Shown: in pieces, positions 1 through 12,142 of the stretch
Numbering within the stretch: the first letter of the stretch is position 1
Layout: every line of letters starts with the position of its first letter
NCBI GenBank assembly: GCA_032718475.1
Contig: JAUCBJ010005450.1
Coordinates: 1 to 54,599, forward strand
Source of the DNA: Nemertoderma westbladi
Taxonomy: Eukaryota; Animalia; Xenacoelomorpha
DNA length: 54,599 bases
Direction of reading: 5' to 3'
The notes under the pieces: generated by a model
What the model saw: only the letters and a program-made list of their open reading frames with translations
Told to the model about the DNA's origin: nothing
Databases searched by the model: none
Program-made: the position numbers and the translations under genes

Positions 1-581
1 ATCAGTAAAGTTAAGGTATAAATGATTTGGTATGGTATGCCGCATTTATGGATGTTATGCAGGTCGATAAAGGATATATGTCCTTATAATTAAGCCTACT
101 AGTGTAAGGCTAAAGCAGAAAAGCACAAAATACTCTAAAGCCGTTCTTCCTGGCTTAGAATCACTAACAACACTGATAAGAATAACTATAAGAATACCAG
201 CTACCCTTATTCCACGAAGCTCCCGTTCAACACAGAGAAAGAGCAGTGAGATAGGAAAATTCAGTTCAGTAGCTCTGTGATAGGTCAAAATCAAAGCTAA
301 CTCAAATTCTATTGGCAGATACAGAAAGCTGCAACGTGGCAATATCAGCCGTTAGCCGTCGTCATGGTAGCGACACTGTTTTCAAGAGTATCGAGCTTTT
401 TACGTCATGAAATTGCAGATTATGTCCTCTAAAGTACAAATACAGTTCAAATACAGAAGAAATGACTTTTATGTCCTCTAAAACACCAGTACAGCAAGGA
501 CACGGCCTTTTTATGCCTGGCAAACCAACTACAGAGTACTTTAAGGGAAAATAACCGGTTAATGACGCAAAAGCTTTTACA
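1..581 (-). repeat. 3' LTR of E1 (partial)
   Basis: Matches 11224-11804 with 8 substitutions by manual comparison; homology stops at ...ttttaca 581. Confidence 0.93.
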
Positions 582-684
582 CCGCTCCCAGAAAATGGGA
601 TTTAAGTCTATAAAATATAACAAATCACAGTTTCTAAAATATAAAGATACTCTAAACAGTTAGTCTTTCTTACGCAGACGGCGT

Positions 685-2189
685 TTACGCAGTTTTTGAG
701 GCTAGCAAGAGTCCTTTTCTCTTTGGGGCGAGCCACTTTACTAGGAGGGCTATAAATCCTGGGTGAAGGGTGCAATATGATTGCATCAGAAGGTGTAGGA
801 TTATGGTCGGGGTATCCGCCGTTTCGATATGCTTCTCCTCGAGCTGATTTTCCTCCGCTCGTAGCTGGATACGTTCATCCAAAAACTCTCGCAGAGAATG
901 GGGTTGCCTAAGTTCGATATCTTCTTAGAGATTCTGGATTTTACAATCGAACTGAGATAAAGACAATTCGTTTATCGCTTGGACTTGCTGTTACAACTTA
1001 CGTTTATCTGAACAAACGCAGGTTTCCTTTCTGATCTTTGTAGAATAGCGTTTAACTCGTTTGGTACAACGTTCTCCGCCACTTTGGTGACAGGGTATAT
1101 CGTGTTAAGCCGGGACGGGACGATGGTAAGGGTTAAACGGCGATATTAAATGTCCGCGTCCCAATCCGGCTAGGTAGAATGGGCTAGTATCTAGGAAGCC
1201 CACAACTGGGGTGCCACCGACTAATTGTTCAGGTAACACTAGATCTTTGAGCAGTGAGTACAGCTCGGGAGGATCCGTCATACTAATAGGATCAAATCAA
1301 GAGTCTGAAGTCTCACTGGGGAATGAGGAGTTCTGATCGAGTATTCCGAAACTCTGATCATTGGTTTATTTAAGGATCGTCTGAGTCGAACGAGCTTAGG
1401 TGATACATCGAACAAGTTTCGCTCGAAACTCCCGTAAGTATAACGAGTAAAACCGTGTTTAAAGCAACGCCTCCGCGGATGTTTATGTCTTTCCGTTTGT
1501 TGGTTGGGTCTAGGGCATTCATCGCAATAATACCAAAAACGCACGTCTTGTAGGGGAAACGCGAGTGATCTTTCTCCAGCTTACAATATTCCTCCATCCG
1601 TTCGAAGCTATCCGGTACAACAGGTAGCGATCGATCAGCGGTAAGATACATCATAGTGGAATAGAGCCGTTTGAGTTCTACCATGCGGTCATGATGTATA
1701 CCTTGAGGATATCGAGTTTCTAGATTCTGTTGACTGGTAATATCGAGATAGGTTTCTCTCAAGAATTCCAGGTATTTGGTGGAGTCGCTGCGTTTATCCG
1801 GCATTTCGACATCTGCACTTTCAAGTCGGTTTCGAATAGAATTTTCGTGTTCGAGTCTCAGTTTATCGTTCCGCTTCCGCTGGGTATGATATTTAAATAA
1901 ACCATTTCCCTTTGGTGTCTATATCGTTCGTATCGTGTAGGTCGATAGGATGACCAGTAGTTAAGAAGTCCATATACGTACCATTACGATGCGTATAGTG
2001 AGTGATGAATTTTCTACAGTCTAACCCACGCGCAAGTTGCTCCCGGGACATTGGCGGTTAGATATAACGACCATCGTCCTCCGTAGTAGTTGGACCAGCG
2101 TCGCCGCGTATCAAGCTATCATCAAACGCTTGTAAAGGTAGAGTATATCGCTCCCTGATACCAAGATCATCTTCTATCAACTCAATCAT
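685..2189 (-). pseudogene. Decayed extra ORF of E1 (about 500 codons, unknown function)
   Basis: ATG at 2189 (MIELIEDDLGIRERY...) links through stops and frameshifts into ORFs 1370-1804 and 685-882. It lies between the pol remnant and the PPT. Confidence 0.6.
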
Positions 2190-3016
2190 ATCTGCTATAT
2201 AAGTTTATCCATATTATAATGAGTTTATATTTAGGCGAGCGGGCGTCGCTGCCTACCCCAATCCGCCCCCAGACAGTGCGAGATCCTCAGCACCGATGTG
2301 TCGTCGCCGCTGTACTTTCGCCAACGACGTAGCCGCACAACGACAACGACAACCGGCACAAGTCACTCGACTGTCCGTCCCAAAGGCTTAGATACACCTC
2401 AGGTTCTTACTGGAGAGTTAGGGTTACTTTCACAATTGCGACTCGCTACTGTAAACACACCTTAGTAGTAACATTCGCCTATAAACTCACAAATACCACA
2501 CACACAACTTGTCACAAATTACACACACTCGGGTCACTTGTCCGTTAGTCAATGCCTTCCAGAATGTCACTGTATTATTATGTATCCTTGGATACTATCA
2601 GTGCACTATTTATTCCCTATGCTATTCAATGGGACAAGCTTTCTATTGTTCTTTTAACTCAATTCTAATTCTAGCGTGGTTGTTACTATGGTGACATTAT
2701 GTAAAGCTAGCGATAGAATTAGGGTAATTCCAATGCATACAGATCTGGGATGTTATTTAATAGTAATTCTTTAATAGTCAATGTCCTGTTTTATACATGA
2801 CTTTATGAATTTTATCGGCTATTGACTATGTTTGGGAGACTTTCGCACACTCATACGCATAATAGATAAATCTCCGCTCCCTTGATCTATTAATTAATGA
2901 AATTTTGGGAATGTTATAAATTGCGTAAAAATGGCAATTTATTAAATTCATTAAGAGACATGAATTTAAATTTATTCCCTGAAATTTTATTATTTGATAA
3001 TTAAATTGACATATTT

Positions 3017-3296
3017 TGGTTCTAGAACATGGCTGGGGACACAAGATCCTTAATTCTATGAAAATTGTCCTTTTAAGGATATCGGTAAATGCTACGATAT
3101 CTTAATTGACTAGAATTGTTGAAGGATCTGAATTTTACAGATTTTGATTTATTAGATTTGCAAATATTAAATAATTAATATTTGAGATGGGCACCAATTT
3201 ATTCCAGAACTTGTCTGGGGACGTTAACCACTGATTCTAGAATTTGTCTTTCAAGTATATCGGTGGGTGCCACGATATCTTAATCGACTAGAATTA
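3017..3296. repeat. Diverged direct duplication (about 100 bp, period about 180 bp) in the E1 3' region
   Basis: ctgggga...atatcggt...cgatatcttaat.gactagaatt occurs at about 3017-3117 and 3199-3296. Confidence 0.6.
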
Positions 3297-3843
3297 CAGA
3301 TGGTCAAAGGGTTTAACAGATTTATTTTGCGTTATACGCTACTGTTAAAGGGACATCACGCTACTATATGTATTATTTAATATACGGTATGAGAGCAATA
3401 TCGCACGAAGCAATGTCAGTGTGAAGAGGCAAGTCGTTTCCAAGGTCTACCCAGAGCTTGGTTTAGCCGAGACACGAGGATCTGAACTTTGCATTCCTAA
3501 TACTCTGCCTACCAATAATACTTAAATATAGTAGTGGCTTTATTGTACTTTAATAAGTACGGACATTTCATCTTACTGTAGTCACGTATTTATAATATGA
3601 TACGGACAGTAAGGAAAGAGGAAAAGAATTATTTCTTGCCGTCGCATTAAATATAATATATACGTAATTAAGTAATAAACGCGAATATATATTGCACTAA
3701 TCTACTAAATAATCGCTAAAATAACATTCTACTGAATAAAATTAAATAAAACGATTAAAATAAAATTACATAATAATACATACATAAATATAAAAATAAA
3801 ACAAATACAAAATAATAGAGTCACACACCCACTCCATATGTTG

Positions 3844-6800
3844 TTACGTTATGGAGTCCCTAGATATTTGAAGGATTAGGGAGGTGGTCGTGGGAAGAGA
3901 ATCTTGCCTTCCACAGTTTCCGGAGAGTCCTCCATTCCCTTCCGGTAAACACAAACGACCGACTGGGTGATTGAGTCGCTGCATCCTGAATACAATTCCA
4001 GGTTTCCTCTTCGTCCTGGAATAGTGACGATAGAAACATCGCTCAAAGTATATGAAGGCGTCACAAAGCCGATTCCAGGAGCTATAGTGGTCCGTCGCTC
4101 TCTGCAGGAGAGGTGAGAGTCCCTGCGGGACGTCTGATGTTCCAGAGCTCCAATCGCTCTCTCTGATCTTCATGAAGGATCCACTCGCGGTGGGGAGGTC
4201 CAGATCCACGGCGTCGTCCCTGGCAATATGTAATACCGACAGATCTATCCCGGGTTCAAATAACTCCGCTCCACCCGTCCGGGTTTTAGGTTTAACTTTC
4301 TCCGCTCCCTTGGCTGGTCTAATCTCAGTCGGAGTAAGATGGGGAGGCCATTCATCCTCCTTACTCAGGAAGTCGGGTTCACCTAACCGGTCTGTAGTAT
4401 CTGTCAGTTCTTGAGGAGTTGCTCCTCTGGAAGCGATGTCAATTGGATTAAACTTCTTGGGGCAATATCTCCATTGATCTACATTGGAGCTAAGATTGTC
4501 ATTATCTGAGGAGTGTGGTGTTCCCTCAGTTGGGTCGTCTCCCTCACTAGTATCATCTTCCCATTCACTCACCTGGCAGACGCGATCTTGAAGCAGTCTT
4601 TCCCTGAGCGTTCTACGGGAAGGTCCAGTAAGGTACCAACCTACTCTAGTTCTTACCGCATAGGTCTGTAGTGGCTGCGGTTGAGCAGGTCGTTTCTCTA
4701 ATGTCTCCAGCGCCTCATGCGCATTTTGGCCGATGAGTATTTGCACTCCAGGATAATCAGTCTGGAATCGAGGTATGCTAAGATGTTGGATGCTCTCATC
4801 CTCGTCCCAATTATAAAGGTCTGCTTGAGTAGTAGCGAAGTTCTTTATAGCCACCATTTTCACTGACCTTATGCTATGTTCTCCTAGTTCGTCCTGGGGG
4901 GTGGACAACGCGCCTACATAATAATCAGCTGTTACTGTAGATTTCCAAACTTGCATGATTCCTGACATGTTTAGCTTGGTTCGGAACTTGGGTTGTCCAG
5001 CAAAGATGACTTCGGCTAGTTCTTTATCGATGAATGTTCCTGTGCTACCAGAGTCCAGGAGGGCGTTCACTATATAGCTCTTCTGAGGTCCGTGGACCCG
5101 TAACTGGACTACAGGAAATTCTCGGATTCCTATATTGGAAGTTGACGCTTTCCAAGATGGTTGTTGATCTGAAGTAGTTAGGGTGAGGTCGCTGTCTGTG
5201 TCTTTCTCATACATGAGTGCTCGATACACTGCGGTGGTGTTTATTAAGTAACAGGATTCGTTTTCGTCGGAGAACTCGTCCGTATAGAATCCTTCCATCT
5301 CAGATTGATCAGTGTCGTTCACATCACTGAATTGGACATGTAGTTCGGACTCACTTACCTGACTCGGGCTGTTTCGTTCGAATTCCGTGTGCAACAAGAT
5401 ATGATGTTTTGCGCCGCACTTTGCATACCTTGCATCGGAGTAACAGGTTCGCCGTTGGTGTCCTCGTCTGAGGCAATTATAACACAACCGCTTATCCCAC
5501 ATGACTTCACGTCTATCCTCGAGTGATTTCCTCAGGAATTTATCACACACATTCAAACGGTGGGGCCCGTCGCACAGCACACATTTCGGCTTGATGTTAC
5601 TTACTTTAACCTGTGCTATGTGGTGCACACTTGTTCTTTCCTCGGGCTTTCTCACCTGAATTCTTTTAGGAGACGTAGGAGGGGTTTTTTGTACCGGTTC
5701 CCTTCTGTCATTGGGTCGAGACTTGGATTTACTTACCTGGTCTTTAGGCATTTTATTGACATAATAAGATCTGTCAGTGTCTTTCCCGCTATCCTCTCCT
5801 TGAGAAGTTTGGCTTTCACCGTCGTCGGTATAACATACTGGTGTTACCCTTCTCCTAGAAACGGGTTTCTCACTTACCTTGTTTTCCAGTGTCTTCTCTC
5901 TGGACTGCCTTAGGAGCTGTAATTTCACTTCTCCATCTAAGAATGACATGAGATCAGCCATGGTAGGATCTCGTCGTTGTTGTTCCATCATATATAACAC
6001 TTTCTTGTCCCAGCGTGTACCTACTCCACCCTTGGGCAAAGTAGATGCTAAGGCTCCTACAACCATAGAATTCTGGTATTCATGAGACTTACCTATCCAA
6101 TCTAGCTGTCTACAGATCTCCTGAATTTCGTCGGAAAACTCTATAATCCCGCTGCTAAGAAACTTTCGGGGCGCCATTAATTTCGCATATAAATACCTAG
6201 CTATGTTAGTCTTATTACCATACCTGATGTTTAGTGTATCCCAAACTTGTCTTAATCCGTCTGGATGTCCAATAAACTTTAACGCCATTAACTTGGGAGA
6301 TCCTTCCAAGCACTCGATGAGGAATCTAAGTTTCTCTCCATTAGATAGCACAGAGTTCTGTATGTTATCTTTGTAATATTCATTAAAAGGTAACCATTTC
6401 ATCTCATCTCCATTGAACTTGACGATCTCTCCCACCTTTACCGCTTGCCGGGCTTCGGTTCTAGCCATTTGACGGGCAAAACTTTCTTGGGCCATCGTAT
6501 TATTGAATAGATAATTATCGGTATATAAGTTTCTCGGATTATTATCAAGTCTAGATGAGATATCATTATCAACAGGTTTATAATTACCCTTAATAGGGTT
6601 TACTATAGGAGTTTCTACTTCGCTAGCAGTATAGATGCGTGTAGGCTCCACACCTTGCGCATGAGATACTTCAGACCTAACAGGTTGACACATTGTTACC
6701 GAGGGTGGTGGTATACCCTTTTTTAAGTTTACTAATTTATCGCGTTCTAACGCGATACTTTGCTGCACTTCTTGCAACTCTAACTTACTTTCCCTCACTG

Positions 6801-8259
6801 TTCCTTTTAAATGTTGGACAGTCCCTTCCAACTCTCGGACCTGTTGGGAGGAGCGTATCCGATTCTCCTTCATCTCTCCGAGGAGAATATCCATCCCCCG
6901 CCGTCTCTCGTCTACCCAATCAACCGCCGAAACGGGATCCGCCAACGTCGTAGCGGGCAGACGAGGGACAACGGGCGACAAATCATGAATACTTCGCTCG
7001 GGGTCCAGGACCTGAACTGTCTCCTGGGCAGTTCTACGGGGCACAGGTAGCTTAGTGCTATGCAGAGGGAATTTATAGGTAGCTTCAGGGAGCACAGGTG
7101 TGTCTATCACCGTAGGGGTGATTTCAAGAACAGGCCTAATTATTTCAGGCTCATCTACTATAGTAGGGAGTCTTTCTATTTCAATTATTTGGTCTGTGGG
7201 TTCTGTACTACCTAAGTTGGTGTTATTTAGTTGTCTTCTAACAGCTGGAGGCAAATCAGGCAATTTCTGACGGTGGAATGTTCTTTTACGTCTGCTTAGA
7301 CGAGATCGCTTTCCTCCGCCTTCAGTGTCGGTGGTATCGCCTTCCTCAGATGATGTATACCCCTGTCTTTTGGGAGTAGATCGACTCATCATCTGCATAT
7401 TACTAGCTGCTAACTGTTTACTGAAGTCGTCTTGCTTCTCTTGAAGATTTTCCAACTCCAGTTGGATGATCTCTTCAGCCGCTTTTCGTTCTACTTCCGC
7501 CACTGCTGCCGCTTTTGCCTCTGCCACTGCTGCTTTTGCCTCTGCCGCTGCCGCTTTTCGTTCTGCCTCTGCCACGGCTGCTATCTTTCTGTCTTCTATA
7601 CGTTTTTTCCTTACTTGTTCTTCCTTTTCTCTAGCGATGCGGAGTTGTTCATCGAATTTAGCTTGGTTCGCCGCTAACATTTCCGCATCGATTGCATCCA
7701 GCACAAGCTTGGTTCCTTCACTATTAGGGCTAAGCCCCTCCAGCCTTCTCCTCAACTCTTCATCTCCCACAAAGCGTTGATAGTCTGACAGATAGATGTC
7801 AATGGCATCTCTCTTTCGCGGCCCCTCCGCTGTCCCTTCGCTTTCTTCTTGAGAAGAAGTGGCGTCGGTTGATTCTTCATAGGTTGGCCGTTCATCATAA
7901 ACCGTATCCGCCATCTTCGCTCCGCGTTCGGGCGTCCGCTCAACAGTATCCGAACTACTGGAGCTCTCGGGCCGCTGAGAACTAGGTTCTTGGCTCGCGG
8001 GTTGTTGAGGTTCCGCTGCTTCTTGGTCCCGCTTGACCTGAGCTCGAGTGCCTATGATAGACCTACGATGTTGGACTAGCCTAGGGTCTGATACTACTAC
8101 TTGAGGGATGATTTTTCGCACAGTAGGAGGGGACTTAGACTTGGATCTAGGATGTTCTATACTTGGATCTGGGTCACTGATCTTTTTAAGACACTGTCTA
8201 ACAGTCATTCTAACACTATCTAGGAGACTATCTGACAGTGATTGGGTTGTGTCAGACAT
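3844..8259 (-). CDS. BEL/Pao Gag-protease polyprotein with RNase H and integrase tail remnants (1471 aa)
   Basis: N-terminal coiled coil; DUF1759-like KFNGDEMKWLPF; Zn knuckles CVLCDGPHRLNVC, CYNCLRRGHQRRTC and CGAKHHILLH; aspartic protease LLDSGSTGTFI; RNase H tail WRYCPKKFNPIDIASRG. No RT YxDD motif and no integrase D,D35E core. Confidence 0.9.
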   Translation of the reverse strand: MSDTTQSLSDSLLDSVRMTVRQCLKKISDPDPSIEHPRSKSKSPPTVRKIIPQVVVSDPRLVQHRRSIIGTRAQVKRDQEAAEPQQPASQEPSSQRPESSSSSDTVERTPERGAKMADTVYDERPTYEESTDATSSQEESEGTAEGPRKRDAIDIYLSDYQRFVGDEELRRRLEGLSPNSEGTKLVLDAIDAEMLAANQAKFDEQLRIAREKEEQVRKKRIEDRKIAAVAEAERKAAAAEAKAAVAEAKAAAVAEVERKAAEEIIQLELENLQEKQDDFSKQLAASNMQMMSRSTPKRQGYTSSEEGDTTDTEGGGKRSRLSRRKRTFHRQKLPDLPPAVRRQLNNTNLGSTEPTDQIIEIERLPTIVDEPEIIRPVLEITPTVIDTPVLPEATYKFPLHSTKLPVPRRTAQETVQVLDPERSIHDLSPVVPRLPATTLADPVSAVDWVDERRRGMDILLGEMKENRIRSSQQVRELEGTVQHLKGTVRESKLELQEVQQSIALERDKLVNLKKGIPPPSVTMCQPVRSEVSHAQGVEPTRIYTASEVETPIVNPIKGNYKPVDNDISSRLDNNPRNLYTDNYLFNNTMAQESFARQMARTEARQAVKVGEIVKFNGDEMKWLPFNEYYKDNIQNSVLSNGEKLRFLIECLEGSPKLMALKFIGHPDGLRQVWDTLNIRYGNKTNIARYLYAKLMAPRKFLSSGIIEFSDEIQEICRQLDWIGKSHEYQNSMVVGALASTLPKGGVGTRWDKKVLYMMEQQRRDPTMADLMSFLDGEVKLQLLRQSREKTLENKVSEKPVSRRRVTPVCYTDDGESQTSQGEDSGKDTDRSYYVNKMPKDQVSKSKSRPNDRREPVQKTPPTSPKRIQVRKPEERTSVHHIAQVKVSNIKPKCVLCDGPHRLNVCDKFLRKSLEDRREVMWDKRLCYNCLRRGHQRRTCYSDARYAKCGAKHHILLHTEFERNSPSQVSESELHVQFSDVNDTDQSEMEGFYTDEFSDENESCYLINTTAVYRALMYEKDTDSDLTLTTSDQQPSWKASTSNIGIREFPVVQLRVHGPQKSYIVNALLDSGSTGTFIDKELAEVIFAGQPKFRTKLNMSGIMQVWKSTVTADYYVGALSTPQDELGEHSIRSVKMVAIKNFATTQADLYNWDEDESIQHLSIPRFQTDYPGVQILIGQNAHEALETLEKRPAQPQPLQTYAVRTRVGWYLTGPSRRTLRERLLQDRVCQVSEWEDDTSEGDDPTEGTPHSSDNDNLSSNVDQWRYCPKKFNPIDIASRGATPQELTDTTDRLGEPDFLSKEDEWPPHLTPTEIRPAKGAEKVKPKTRTGGAELFEPGIDLSVLHIARDDAVDLDLPTASGSFMKIRESDWSSGTSDVPQGLSPLLQRATDHYSSWNRLCDAFIYFERCFYRHYSRTKRKPGIVFRMQRLNHPVGRLCLPEGNGGLSGNCGRQDSLPTTTSLILQISRDSIT

Positions 8260-8689
8260 GTTTGTTTACAGTTGAATGCCTACGGCTATAAATACAGCTA
8301 AAGCAAGTCTAGTAATTCAGTATCAACTGCTAGCCTAGTAATTAATTACCGATACTGCTACTCAATGCAGCGTGATATATATATAATATATTAGAATACC
8401 GGTATACTTATAGTATATATAACTATATAAGTATTATTACAGACCAGGTTTATCACAGAATACCGGTATAATTTTAGCACAAATATATAAATATATAATA
8501 GGCCTATCGGGAATACCGGTATACAGCTTACAGTTTGTAGTATATATAATTCTGGAATAGAATTAATTACAAGTACCGGTATAATTTCAGCCTAGATTTA
8601 TAGAAATAAAGATAATAGGCCTATCGTAAATACCGGTATATCAATTATTTTAAATAATTGAATTTCTGAATTTTAGGGTTACTTGGTTA

Positions 8690-9065
8690 GGGGCCGTCCA
8701 AGTATGACGTCTGCACTTTTCCCCAAAATGTTGACCCCCTCCCTCCCCTAAATCAGATGTCATCAGATAGGCGTTGACCCACCCCCCTCCCCTAAATCAG
8801 ATTAAAAAAAATTTTTCGTCCTAATCACTGAAAGATGGTGACTGGTAACTGAAACAGAAGGTCGTGCCTCGGGTCTTCGGGGGCTTCGAACAATTAAAAT
8901 AGGCAAGTTATTTACTGTTCTGCTATATCTCTTCTAGCACCTATAAATTACCATGCTGACGTCAGATTTTGGCTGACCCCCTCCCCTCCCCTCATCAGCA
9001 CGTCATCAGATTTTCCCAACCCCCCTCCCCCCCCTAAAGTGCTGACGTCATACTTGGACGGCCCC
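8690..9065. mobile_element. PIF/Harbinger (Tourist-like) MITE in the E1 leader
   Basis: 30-bp TIR GGGGCCGTCCAAGTATGACGTC(T/A)GCACTTT; TTA target duplication at 8687-8689 and 9066-9068. Confidence 0.9.
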
Positions 9066-11110
9066 TTACTTTACTTACTTTATTACCGTTATTTGAGCAG
9101 TAGTCCAACTGATATTGAGACCTAATTGTTGTATGGTAGGCCTACTATTTATAAATCGTTAGATTTGATTTATAATATATATATACCCGTTTAATGGGTT
9201 TTGTCAATATTTGAAATAAATGTTATTATTTCTGGGGAGTAATCACTACACAAAGCGGTGCGCTTTCAGTGAAGTGTTACTTATAGGACACTAAAACAAA
9301 TAATTCTAATTTACCTAAGTTACTTAATACTACAATTACGTACAATTCGGGTGAGATTACAATCTCTAAATAAACACAAAAATTTACAAAAAACACAAAA
9401 TACGAATTTTTAGGGTAATTTTACAAGAAGTCTACAAACCAGCCTAACAAAGGGTTAGAATCTGGTTATTACAACGAACAGGGCACTACGGTATTTGAAA
9501 ATAATAAGTAGTAGTAAATACACTGCGTTGTCCAGATAGGAAAATACCACCGCCTGACGACCTATAGCCGTATCGCTATAGGTTCTACGTTATGTATCAC
9601 GGAGTGTTCCTACCTAGAAGCTAATAGAGCTAATCGAAGGTGCCTATCAACCACTTTACAACACAAATATAATGCCTACAATAATTACTTTCGGAAAGCA
9701 CTGTACACTAAACCCTAAATTAGGTACGAGTACTTGTACAACAGATAATCAGTAGTTAAATATACTTGAACAGCTAAAAGAACCACGGCATCTGCTGGAG
9801 TGACCGGTGCACAAAATCACCAGTCTTTACCTACGCCAAGCAGCCCGTGTAGTACCGGGGTTAGTTTAACTATAACGGTATGTATAACAAACACAATTAC
9901 TGTAGGAACAAACTTGGGGAATATGAATGTTGCGAATAATCGCATAAACTCTGAATAATAAATATTACGCTACGCGTACAAACTACTCAAACAAAATGCA
10001 GACCAAATACCGACAGACTACCATCAAGCCTAAACAAACTACGGTATATGCAGACTCCGAAATAATTAGGTAGTATGCGTTCTAACCCAGTAGTACGACT
10101 TATTCTTTAATTGGGGGTTTACCTTACAGCATTCGCTGCCCCTACTTCCTAACCGTTCTTTATCGGACAGGTGATCTACACACACTGCAATCCGTTCAGA
10201 CTTAACAGCAATCAGACAACAGCTCAGCCTACAAATTGTCTGTACAATCTGATCAGGTTTACACGCCTTCTGTTCAATACTGGCCTACTAACAAATAAAA
10301 CTGACAGAAATAGGCCTAAGTAAAATCCCAATAAAAACCAGGCGTCCCCGATTAATTATTAAGACCTACCGGCATATATAATCAAATCGAATAATACTGC
10401 TGTACTTATACGGAAGTACCGGTTAGGACAGTTAGGCCTACGGACCTACCGAAGTACCGGTTCTGGCAGTTGGACCTACGGGCCTACGGATGGACCGTTC
10501 AGGTTTACCGGTTGACCGGTACTTTCAACTTTATTGCTTACTGCAATAAAGAAGCTATATCCTTTATTGTTCGCGCTTTCAGACCTTTGGCAGTTTAACC
10601 CGCCAAATTAGGATGTCTTCTAGATAATAAATCGCTTTAGCCTCTAACAAGTATTTGATTCAATACACTAGTTGAAACCAATCTGTGCGCGATCATTCAC
10701 CCGTTGGATATACCCGGGAGATTGATTTCGACAGCTTAATCGTATTGCTATGTAAGCCTAATGTATTATTCGACTGACAGTATTATATAATCTCTGACAA
10801 TATTATTCACCTTCGGGGAATATTAACAGTTCCTTTAGGACGTGGCGCTCTATCTATATAAACAGAGTTATGACTTAAACTACTCACAACGATATGGCTT
10901 AGTTATAATTCACATATATGTCGCATTCTTTAGGAAATGCTTCTTTATCAGTTTCACTCATACACAATGCCGCACAATACTGCACACTAATCTGCCGATC
11001 TTCACTGATTTTAGTCACATATAAAAGGAACACAGACTGGCTCATGTAGGGTCTATCAAATAACATTAGATTCACTTCAAACCACTTTAACATAAGTCAC
11101 AATCGTTATA

Positions 11111-11804
11111 TGTAACCCTTCTCTCTTACCTTCGGTATATCAAGAATATTGGGTTTCGGGGTTATTTCTCGTTATTCCAATATAATAATTCATCAACAAA
11201 TATAATGAATAACCGACAGCAAAATCAGTAAAGTTAAGGTATAAATGATTTGGTATGGTATGCCGCATTTATGGATGTTATGCAGGTCGATAAAGGATAT
11301 ATGTCCTTATAATTAAGCCTACTAGTGTAAGGCTAAAGCAGAAAAGCACAAAATACTCTAAAGCCGTTCTTCCTGGCTTAGAATCACTAACAACACTGAT
11401 AAGAATAACTATAAGAATACCAGCTACCCTTATTCCATGAAGCTCCCGTCCAACACAGAGGATGAGCATTGAGATAGGAAAATTCAGTTCAGTAGCTCTG
11501 TGATAGGTCAAAATCAAAGCCAGCTCAAATCCTATTGGCAGATACAGAAAGCTGCAACGTGGCAATATCAGCCGTTAGCCGTCGTCATGGTAGCGACACT
11601 GTTTTCAAGAGTATCGAGCTTTTTACGTCATGAAATTGCAGATTATGTCCTCTAAAGTACAAATACAGTTCAAATACAGAAGAAATGACTTTTATGTCCT
11701 CTAAAACACCAGTACAGCAAGGACACGGCCTTTTTATGCCTGGCAAACCAACTACAGAGTACTTTAAGGGAAAATAACCGGTTAATGACGCAAAAGCTTT
11801 TACA
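11111..11804 (-). repeat. 5' LTR of E1 (inner boundary at 11111 tentative)
   Basis: 11224-11804 matches 1-581. The 11111 boundary is inferred only from a TGTAA/TTACA terminal inverted repeat. Confidence 0.75.
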
Positions 11805-12142
11805 ACAACTATATCCAAGAAATTTAACAAAACCGCAAATCAGTCAAAGTGAAAAGGGGGGACAGTTCCCCCTTCAACCCCCCTTTCAATCAGCACCCCG
11901 TCCCAAAAGCAAAGCCGCACCAAGACCGAGTCAAGCAGAATAACCTATGGAGATAGATATTTATTATGACAACACACCCGGTTCTTTTAAATTTGCGTGA
12001 TTTGAGTTTTATGCTCGCACCACTAATTGAGTTTTATAATATTTGTAAGAAATGTTAAAACTTATCTTATGCCAATGTAGTAATGGTATTAAAATATAAT
12101 TAAATTAATTTGCACTATTAATGCTTCAGCTAAAAAATGATG

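Larger units (their letters stand above)
1..11804 (-). mobile_element. BEL/Pao LTR retrotransposon E1, non-autonomous (RT and integrase cores absent); 3' LTR cut by window start
   Basis: Direct repeats 1-581 and 11224-11804 start TGTAAAAG on the minus strand and enclose a Gag-protease ORF with BEL/Pao signatures. A short PPT-like GGGAGCGG abuts the 3' LTR. Confidence 0.92.

Noticed and set aside
55-342. 95-aa hydrophobic ORF (also at 11278-11565)
   Set aside because: Lies in the LTR, has a non-ATG start, and is duplicated only because the LTR is.
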